A stretch of DNA of 64,000 nucleotides. Origin: Tubulanus polymorphus. Its lineage: Eukaryota; Animalia; Nemertea. Shown piece after piece: positions 54,750 through 64,000 of this stretch. The stretch covers positions 15,742,950 to 15,806,949 of the forward strand of contig NC_134029.1 of assembly GCF_964204645.1 (NCBI RefSeq). Reading direction: 5' to 3'. Each line of letters begins with the position of its first letter. Position 1 is the stretch's first letter. Position numbers and translations under genes: made by a program. The notes beneath the pieces were generated by a model. It saw only the letters and a program-made list of their open reading frames with translations. It ran no database searches and was not told the DNA's origin.

Positions 54750-55935
54750 TAATCCCTCAGAAACTACCGACCGGTCAATCTTCTATTTCTGTCGTAAGTA
54801 TTGGAGCGTCCTGTAGCTGTTCGTTTAGAACCCTATAAGGGCCCCGGGGTCACCGGTGACCCATCCCTCAAATAGGGCCCATCCCCACAGAGAAATTCCT
54901 CAAAATATTATTTTTACAACCTGTAGGCAATTAAGGGACACCGGTGACACTATTTAGACACTAGCTTGTGTTGCCATCTACATTGATTGTCAGTGGTAAG
55001 CGGAGGTAATGGCTGCCCCCAGTGTGTGATTGGGACTACCAAATTTTGGATTTTGAAGCACCGTAAAGGCTAGTATACACGCTAATCAATCATTGTTCAG
55101 AAATATAATAATACTAAGCATTAGTTCAGCACGTAAAAGTTATCAAATACGCGACACTGTCCCACTGCTATATGTATTCAGATTGATGGGTCACCAGTGT
55201 CCCTTAAGTAATAACTGGTATCAGATTGAAAAAAAGTTAGAAATTCATTACGATTTAACTGTTCATTATAAGTAATAGAATATTATTGGTATAAAAAACC
55301 TTCTATCGATATGGTAGAGATAATCAAGATCAGGACTTGCACACTCAAGTTATGCATGCCTGATGGTGGTTGACATACTTTGTCCGAATGGCAAAAATAA
55401 GTTATTTTGTTAATAAAATATAGTGACAAAGGTAGTGACAAATATTTCTGGTATCAGGCTAAATTTCAAACGTAGAAAAATATAAGGTTTTGCCTGTATA
55501 AGTTCAACAATGAGTTATTGTGTGTTTCTTATCATTTTTAATTGCATAGTATATGGTTTTTCAAATTGGCTTGAATTATTCTTTTCCAAAGACTGGTGAC
55601 AGTAACAACCATAGGGACACTGGTGACCCGGGCCAAAACCTACCCAAAATGTTGGCAACAATGCAAAACGAGTATTTGAGGTCTATTTAGAGTTCAAATA
55701 TATACAGAATCTGAGTTTACATCAATTTTTACCAATTTCTTGACAGCTTGGCTCTTATAGGGTTGATAGCTTACATGGATGCGAACAATTTATATGACAC
55801 CTCTATCAGTCTGCGTCTAAATCAGGCCACAGTCCCGGGACCGCTTGTCAAGGTCCTTAGTGACCTCCGAAACATGATCGTCAATGATGCTGCAGCAATG
55901 ATTGTAGATACTACTGCTTCTTAGATTTAAGCGCT
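54750..55935 (+). mobile_element. Old LINE RT fragment split by a MITE
   Basis: NYRPV.NL.FLS.VLER.VAVRL on the left continues as IAYMDANNLYD..QSA.KSGHS...LLDLSA on the right. Confidence 0.7.
54831..55762. mobile_element. piggyBac-like MITE
   Basis: TIR CCCTATAAGGGCC / GGCTCTTATAGGG, internal GGGWCACYGGTGAC repeats, degenerate TTAA-like flanks; cleanly interrupts the LINE reading frame. Confidence 0.65.
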
Positions 55936-57634
55936 TCTTAGATTTATAATGGCAACTGCTTTTGAAAGCTATTGATGGAGCCTAATTTGACAATTTTATG
56001 CCGTTTTGGGGGATTTTTAGCGATGAAGTGTCATCTTATATAGATCTACTATAGAAACAACACGAGCAGAATTGTACAACATTTGCTGTCGAATTAACAA
56101 GTAGGATTTTTATATATTACTGATACAACATATAAAATTCTTCAATGAGAAAACTACAAAAGAAGAAATAAAATTGACGATAATTTTTAGGCCAGCCGTA
56201 GGCTGAGCCTATTACTATACACATGGAGCGAATTTAAATGACATGGTTTCCAGAGCAAAGGCTCTTTGTCTGTTCAACTGAGCATATATTCATACAAATC
56301 ATTCATTACAGCATTATCCATTCTCCAAACTCTACGTAGCTGAATTTTGAAAGAGGGCCTCGTTAAGATTTATATGAGCTTTTTCGCGAATATCTGATCA
56401 AAAAAATATTGGTTTCGAAAAGCCAATCAGAATATAAAGACTCCTCTATGATTGGCTTAGCCGCAGAAATCAGCAAGTGTTCACGTGAACCTGTTTTATT
56501 TTTAGATCTAAAACAGTATTTCAAGATCGATTTCTGTGAAAGCTTTAGTCGATTTGGTTTTTGGGAGGAATATTTTTATTAGCACTACAGAAAATATCAT
56601 TGACCGTTGTGCAAAGTCCGGAAAAAATAGCTTTTTCTTAAATCGGATAGATGACGTTGATATGCTAATTAGCCGTGTGCTCAAACTACATATTCAATCA
56701 AATCTTATTCTGCAAAAAAATATCAAATCCAATTCTATTTTGTTTTATTGAGCAAATTTCAGAAAATTCTATTCTATTCCGCATTAAAATCTTATCTTGA
56801 CAAATTTAACCCACAGAATGCATCATCATTTGCCATTTTATGAAAAGCTGACAGGCTGGACATAGTGCCCCTTGGGGCTCTTGTTCATTTATTGTGCTGA
56901 AAATTGCATGTCGATGCGCGGCGTAGTTTGTAGTATTTACTGCGGAGCTGTGATGATAGCGCCATCGTTTTAGTAACACGTGAAGCTCAACAAACTCAAC
57001 GAAGCCGTTAATCTTCAGATAAAGGATATTCTCTTAATAAAACATGATTTGTATGAATATGTTTGAACTGAAATTATTGATGCATACGCTCGGGATTATC
57101 TTGACGAAAAAAAAACGTTTGCATCGATATGCAGATGAATTTTTAACAATTCTGATTCGCATTAAAAACACCATACAGGTCGACCAATATTGTGTTGAAT
57201 TCGATAGGTGTTAAATGGGGATCACTGGCTACGATCCTGCCGATGCGTGGGATCCGTCTCATTGACCTCTGCATCTCTAGTGCGCTTGCTTGACGCTAAG
57301 GTTTATGACGAGAGGGTAGCTGCGATCTGTGCGCTTTCTCATATGGCGTAGTTTAAGCTGCATAGCCGATAGAGTGATATTACGAGGGAACAGGGCCCGT
57401 CGTTCCTGTCCGGAGAATAGAATTGAGACCACTAACACGTACATTTGTTCATGTCGAACTGGTGAGTAATAGGGAATAAGTTGTTTCAAGCCAAAGGTCG
57501 AAAGGTCGTAAGATAAATTCTCGCACACTCAAATTTATTTTCCGACCTTTCGACCTTTGACTTGAAACAACTTATTTCCTATTACTCTTAAAATATTCAT
57601 CTGATAACTTCTAAAATCAATTTTAATAAAAAAT

Positions 57635-58094
57635 ATAGCTGCAAAGCAGCGATAACGGGTTTTCTGGATGCATGTGATCGAAAGGAAAAATTAATTACCG
57701 GGTATTCGATGGAAAAAATAAAATGAGATGATTTGGATATTATCGGAGCAATCCTCTTTTTGGTTGAATGGTCTTACCCCAGTATAGTCCCCCGTGATTT
57801 GGAAATTTTCGGAGCCCTCCTTTATTTACTTACTAAATGACGTCACAAACTGTTATTTCGCCGGTGCTAGTTGTCTAACAATTCAATTCAATTCTTTATT
57901 TACATTAACCTAATAAGTAATTTAAAGTTTCAAATAGGATGGAAAGTACATTCAGACAATCTGTTGGTTCAGAGAGACCGTTATTACAGTATCAATTTAT
58001 ACATTTCGTTTCGAAGCTGTCAGTTGCCGAATCTGAATGAAGATGAATTTTATTTGACGAAATCGGCGGAAAATATATAATAATAATAATAGAA
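57635..58094. mobile_element. Unrelated ~460-bp insertion replacing the 5' half of the left putative OB gene (possibly Helentron-associated)
   Basis: Breaks the identity between the two arms of element E; begins with the short hairpin GCTGC-AAA-GCAGC and ends in (AAT)n. Confidence 0.45.
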
Positions 58095-58270
58095 AATGAA
58101 GGATTTAAAGGAAATAAATATAAATTCAGAACATATTTACCAGATAGATTTCATAGATTATCAAGTGAAGATCTAGAAGAATTATGTTCTGGTGATTTCT
58201 ATTTCATATATAAAGGTAAGAATGAAAAAGGGCACCATGAAATAGATTTCGAATAAAATATGTAAAATAA

Positions 58271-59021
58271 ATGGTAGAATTAAAAGAATATAGAATATTT
58301 GTTGATTCAAGAAGACTTACAAATTATAAATCTCATAATTTACTAGTACAATTAGATAGGGAATTTAGAAATTTTGTTGATTTAAAATTAGTGAATATAA
58401 GTTTATGTAATTCTTTTTATAATGTATCGGATAAAAGTCTTGATCATAATTCTTTTGTGATTCATGTTAGGAGAAATAGTAAATGGTATAATCTATTTTT
58501 AATACCAGGATTATATAATTTAGAGACTTTAGCGCAAGAAGTTAATAGAAAAGCTAAAACAAAATGAGCGCAGCTGCTGGATTTGGAATTAATTTTTTTT
58601 TAAGTGATAATAATAATAAATTAAGAATAAAGTAAGCTAACGAAGAACAACATAAATTTATAGTAGGAAAACAATTAGCTAAACTGTTAGGAATTACACC
58701 AAATAAACTCAAATGTTGATAGTATATAATATAATACCTTTTACACATTTTTATATTTATTGCAATTTAATTGATCCTACAAAAACATTTGAAGCAACTA
58801 AAGATACAATTCGTAATTCTAGTATATTAAATATTTTACCATTAAAACATGTAAAACAATTTGGAACTCAAATAAATTATAATTTAGCTGAATGTGATTT
58901 CAAACCATGCATTCCACATTTTAACAATTTTAAATTAGAAATAAGAAATCATAATGGATACTTAATTGATTTGAATAACTTTCCTGTAATTTATGAATTA
59001 GTTATAAGATGTAAAGAATAA
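58271..59021 (+). pseudogene. Minor capsid protein (penton-like), frameshifted
   Basis: IFVDSR..., LCNSFYNVS, IPGLYNL, LAKLLG, FYIYCNLID, ILNILPL, LEIRNHNGYLIDLNNFPVIYELVI. Confidence 0.72.
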
Positions 59022-59037
59022 TTTTTTCACTATATAA

Positions 59038-59487
59038 ATGAATATAACTGTTGGACCGAGTATATGCTTTGGATTTGATTTTAAACGCGAGAAAGAAATG
59101 AAATTTGATATTAATGATGTAATTACACATATTAAAAATATTGCATTTTCTAATGAAACAAATTTTGATTTTGAAAAAAAAAACAATAGATAAAGAAAAT
59201 TTTAATGTAGAAAAGATTACCGATTTAATTAGAGAATCTTTAAGATTTTATGAATTAGGTGAAGATGTTATTATTGATGATATTAAAAATATATTATCTA
59301 AAATATATGATTATCATAAAAGTAGTAATGAAATAAATGTTGAAATAATTATAACTAAGTGAACTAAATATTTTGAAGATAGTATTTTTTTATTAATAAA
59401 TGAGTGATAATAACTGGTTTATATAATTGAGCATTACTATCAGTTGGAACTGTTGGTTATTCAATGGTATTAAAAAAAGTACTTAAC
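59038..59487 (+). pseudogene. Two small Polinton genes (homologs of the 3231 and 2870 genes); the second is truncated at the junction
   Basis: MNITVGPSICFGFDFKREKEMKF... is identical to ORF 3031..3231. Confidence 0.7.
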
Positions 59488-62456
59488 TCAATATCATTTC
59501 TATTTCTAATATTTTCACAAGTCTTACCATTGAATGCATTATTCATTAACTTGAAAAAAACTTTCTCGAAATCAGTTTTAGCTTTAGTTCTCTGTTTGTT
59601 GTTTAAGTCTATATATTTTTCTAACCATTTACATAGACTGAATGAAATATATCTATGTACTTTTTTAGAATCATTCCTTGATTCAAATAAAACTTCAACA
59701 TTCTATAATGTACTACATGATTATATTCATCTTCCTGAGTTACCATTAACTTTTCTGTATGGATATGATTTTCAGGTTTAATTCTTTTTTGATAATCTGA
59801 TAATTCTTCATGCGTAACAGTTTTATGTTCGGGACAGTATGCTAGGTTTCTAGATTTAAATTTTTTATCTTCAGGGTATTCTAAATCTACAACAAAAAAG
59901 TAACCAGTATCTGAATCATCTGCAATATCTAGGATTCTTTTCTTCCAATCAAATTTATCAACATTTTCGTGCTGTAAAATTTCAGTTATTTGAAATACTC
60001 CATAAGGTTGTGGTTCCATCATTGCCCAACCATATAAATTATTTGCATCTATATATAATAACTTATATCCAGGATTATCATTTACATTGAAATATCTATC
60101 ACCTAATACGCCTGAAACACCTCCTCTTATATATTTTTCAAATAATAGTAATTGATCTATATTTGTTAACAAATCCATTTTTATATCTGTAAATTTTAAT
60201 CCACAATCCCAAGTTAAACCTGGGGATGAATAACAATGACATGGATCAATATTAAAATATTATGATTCCAAATATTCAATGTTCTATTATTTACTTCATC
60301 TTTAACATATTCATTTTTTAATTCAACATAGAATTGTTCTTTTAATAATTCAGTTATGTTAAAATCATTATGATTTTTATAAACTGAATACAGAATTGCT
60401 CCCTTATATCTCATTAATTGAAAATCATCATTATTTGGATAATGTTGTTTTAATATTTTTAATTCATAATCAACTAATGATTTTGATAAATTATCTAATG
60501 AACTGCTTAAAAATCTATATGAATCTATAAATCTTAGACACCCAAATTGGAAAGATATATAATTCTCAGATGTTTTAGCTAACATTTTGAATTCATATGT
60601 TGGTATTCTATCTTTTGATCTATTTGGATTTAATCTTTCTATTGATTTCTTCTATTTTATGGCATAACTGTTTGATGAATAAACGAGCATCATACCCTGA
60701 TAAATTATGAAATATTACTGGAACAAAATTGATTTTCTTTGCTTGTAAGTTACAATTCTCATGGGCTGCACCTCTAAACTTTCCATTGAAATGATCATGG
60801 TCTCTAACTTTTTTATCTCTAAAATTAAATATCTTTTCACAATAATAACATTTATCAGCAAACTCAAATTCTTCTTTAGCTTCTTCTGTCATTATAATTT
60901 CTCTATCTGTATCTAATAGTTTACTAAATTTGATTTCATACTCAATTGATAAGTCACAAAAATGATTGATAACATTTTCATTTCTATAATTATGATATTC
61001 ACTTTTAATTAGTTCTGGATAATCAGATTGTATATATAATCCAAAAGCTGCAGTACTTTGATGAATCTTTTTAATAGTATTTGTTATTAGAGGATCTGAA
61101 TAATCTATTACATCATTTTCGGAATTTAATTTCTTTCTTTTATAATATATTTCTTTTATACATTTTCTACATAGATATATTTTATTGTCAAAATTATTTT
61201 CTGATTTGAAAAATAAATCAATTCTTTTCATCCACATATAATGTTTCTCATAATATAATATATCTATTACATCATTTGAATCATAATCTTTTGATAGGTA
61301 TAGAGGTTCCAATATATAATGTTTTATATTGTTACCTTTTGTTTTTGGTAATTTTGACTAAATCAAACACATTTTTCTTTATATTATTATCTCTTTCTAT
61401 TTTTGTGATATTTTTAATTCTAACAGGATAACTGTCTATCTTATAATTATTTTCAAATGGTTTATAATGTGTTAATCTAAAACTATGTTGTTTATAATCT
61501 TCAACTGGGTGTAAGCAACTAATTATTGACCATAGAAAACATTTATCATCTTCATTTTGTACATTTATAACAGAATTGGTTTTAAATGATAATTTTATAT
61601 AACTTGATCCATTTATATTATCATCTTTATAATATGATAGATTATTTCCATCAATTGGTTTTGATTTAGTTAACTTACTATATTTTGTGTTTTAAAGTAA
61701 AGTCATAAATATTATTTCATCAAATATCAAACCAGATCCTTCAAAAAATTTCTCTACTATTTTAGTTTTTACTTCATTATAACATTTTTCTAATCTATCA
61801 TCTATATGCTGTTTAGATATGATATGTTGTGAATGACAATTTATATTATATATTGGTTTATCTTCAGATTTTAAAAATTTAACTTTAGAAGATATACTAA
61901 TTTTAGGATATTCTACGTCTGTAATTATTTTTATAATATTTTCATATTTTCTAAATGTTTTTTTATTTTCTTCTAATGTTTTACCTTCATGAAATTTAAA
62001 TTCAATAGCAGCTGGTCCAATATCACTTTTAAATGCTTCAGTTTTTTCACTTTCTTTTTTATTATCTAATAAATTAAGATAACTTCTAACATCTTCTATG
62101 TATGGTCTTTTATTGTTTAATTTATTTTTTATTCTTTTAATTGTCTTCTGTTTCTTATCATTATCTTTATCAAAATAATCTTCACCTAAAATATCATTAT
62201 TCATGTTTCTAATATGACTTTTAGATTTTAAATGTTCTTTATAATATCTTTTGTTACTGAATGATTGGTTACATGTATCACATTTGTATGTTTCTTTTCC
62301 ATTCTTCAATTCCTCTAATTTATTTTCTGATATATCATCTTTATATTCTAATTTCAATTTATTCTCTATGTGAGATTTAGTTTTATTGTGCCTTGCTTTT
62401 TGATATTTATCTATATTGATTTTACATGTCGGGCAGCGGTACTTATTTGCTTCCAT
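59488..62456 (-). pseudogene. pPolB (zinc fingers, vOTU-like, endonuclease VII-like, exonuclease, partial polymerase), 3'-truncated
   Basis: YRCPTC..RHNKTKSH, YKCDTC..EHLKSKSH, NEDDKCFLWS, EKHYMW, CYYC..VRDHDHFNGKFRGAAHENCNL, FIDSYRFL, YIDANNLYGWAM, KLMNNAFNGK. Confidence 0.95.
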
Positions 62457-62496
62457 TTTAATATCAAATTTTTTATTAAAATTGATTTTACATATT

Positions 62497-62838
62497 TTAT
62501 TCGAAATCTATTTCATGGTGCCCTTTTTCATTCTTACCTTTATATATGAAATAGAAATCACCAGAACATAATTTTTCTAGATCTTCACTTGATAATCTAT
62601 GAAATCTATCTGGTAAATATGTTCTGAATTTATATTTATTTCCTTTTGATCCTTCATATTCTAAGTGAATTATTAATTTATCTCCATATTTGTTAGTAAC
62701 TGTATCAATATTTTTAATTAAATATTTCTTATGAATTGTTAATTCTGTTAATTTCTTAAATTTATAATCTACAGATTTGACATTTGTAGTATCTTTAATT
62801 CTATCTAAGAATTCACTGTGTATTTGTTTACTCTCCAT
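62497..62838 (-). CDS. Intact 113-aa Polinton protein, putative OB-fold / ssDNA-binding
   Basis: Open ORF directly inside the terminus; four copies in the window; beta-strand-like pattern (KYLIKNI, NKYGDKLIIHL, FRTYLPDRF, FYFIYKG). Function is inferred. Confidence 0.65.
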   Translation of the reverse strand: MESKQIHSEFLDRIKDTTNVKSVDYKFKKLTELTIHKKYLIKNIDTVTNKYGDKLIIHLEYEGSKGNKYKFRTYLPDRFHRLSSEDLEKLCSGDFYFIYKGKNEKGHHEIDFE

Positions 62839-63399
62839 TTTAATAACATATTTGTTATTAAAATTGATTTTAGAAGTTATTCGATGAATATTTTAAGAGT
62901 AATAGGTAATAAGTTTTTTCAAGTCAAAGGTTGAAAGGTCGGAAAATAAATTCGAGTGTGCGAGAATTTATTCCCTATTACTCTGGTGCACTGAGTATGA
63001 GAATAGATAGACAATTCATTCGAATCTCGAACTTGTTATTAACCCGATCACACAGAAAGAATCTGTTTAGTTGTAAAATGTTATAAACTTAATTAGTTCA
63101 TTTCTGAAGCTGTCGCGTCTGACATAGTAAAATATCAATGATAATGGTTTAAAAAAGTAATATACTGGGTAGATAGGTGGCCGGCTGTGTCAACTCAGCA
63201 ACGAGTGGAGAGACAAAGTATCAATTTTATAGCCTTAGGACTTGGCTTTGAATCCTGAAAATCCCGACAGTTTGTATGGAACTTAGAATACTTTCTCTAT
63301 CTCCCGATACAGCTAGATTTGATTTCAGCTTCAGCAACAAACATATAAATATGACATCTGAGATGCTTTTGATTCGACGAAACCTTATAATCAATTAGG

Positions 63400-64000
63400 A
63401 GGTTTATAATTTATAATGATTATATGTATTTCATTTGAAAATCTATTAGGCCTACCTAAAATGGGTTACGTATTTACCTTCTCTTCCTTGTGTAAACAAC
63501 TGTTTGTCATTTAAAATCGAATTACCTAATACATTAAGGATGTATGTGTTTCGGTTCGAGGAAAATGTCGACTTCTTGTTTGACAGTTGTGTACAGCTGA
63601 GATCTCGGGAATAACTTTAAAACCGGGATCGGGAGATCATTCTTACAAAATTTGTATGCTAGTTTGGTGAGCTCCAGCGAAACTAAGTCTTTAAATTTTA
63701 GGACTTTGCATTTTTTGAAAGTGGGGGAGTTATAGGCTGCATTGTCAATTTGACGTATTGCTTTCATTTGTAATTTTACAAGGATTTTTACTTGGGTTCT
63801 TGGAAGAAGGGGCCCCATACTGTAATTCCATATGTCAAATTACTATGTATGTACCCAAGGTATAATGCTCTTTTTATATGTGGGGGAATGAAGCTCTTTA
63901 GAGTCCTAAGTATATAGAGGTTTTTATTTAACTTAGCTATTAATTGCTCGATATGGTGTTCCCAGGTTAAATTAGAGTAAATATTTAGTCCGAGGAATTC
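63400..64000 (-). mobile_element. CR1-group LINE ORF2 3' fragment
   Basis: WEHHIEQL..KL, IHSNLTYGITVWG, LQMKAIRQI, PTFKKCKVLKFKDL. Confidence 0.75.

Larger units (their letters stand above)
57465..62982. mobile_element. Polinton insertion E: both termini present, centre deleted
   Basis: 5'-AGTAATAGGG...CCCTATTACT-3' flanked by a perfect 6-bp TSD CTGGTG (57459-57464 and 62983-62988). Confidence 0.96.

Noticed and set aside
57494-57508. AGGTCG-AA-AGGTCG as a nuclear-receptor DR2 response element
   Set aside because: The half-site differs from AGGTCA and there is no functional evidence; kept only as a conserved part of the terminus.

Overview
AT-rich animal (invertebrate-type) genomic DNA. Three + strand exons (9301-9495, 12008-12113, 51806-~52049) splice in frame into the C-terminal end of a fibrillin: the last cbEGF/EGF domains, the unique CYxC region and an R-x-K-R furin site. 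The introns, one about 39.7 kb long, are packed with decayed mobile DNA. The main component is a set of Polinton/Maverick (adintovirus-like) insertions from several subfamilies, with remnants of protein-primed PolB, rve integrase, packaging ATPase, major and minor capsid, a putative OB-fold protein and an HNH nuclease. One insertion (57465-62982) has a perfect 6-bp TSD. Also present are a complete but degenerate BEL/Pao LTR element inside a Polinton ATPase, a Gypsy remnant, nested LINEs (one 5'-inverted), SINE heads, MITEs and microsatellites. The most unusual signals are four. (1) Each intact Polinton terminus is itself a 120-180-nt hairpin whose arms co-vary between subfamilies, and one has a flipped loop. 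(2) Genes in the capsid block start in a T-run + TAAATG context like poxvirus late promoters, while replication genes share a different upstream motif. (3) A small gene recurs as a pivot of rearrangement and lies inside a ~500-bp inverted repeat. (4) A 0.9-kb non-coding mini-Polinton has its own TSD. All homology calls come from motif recognition by eye; no searches were run.
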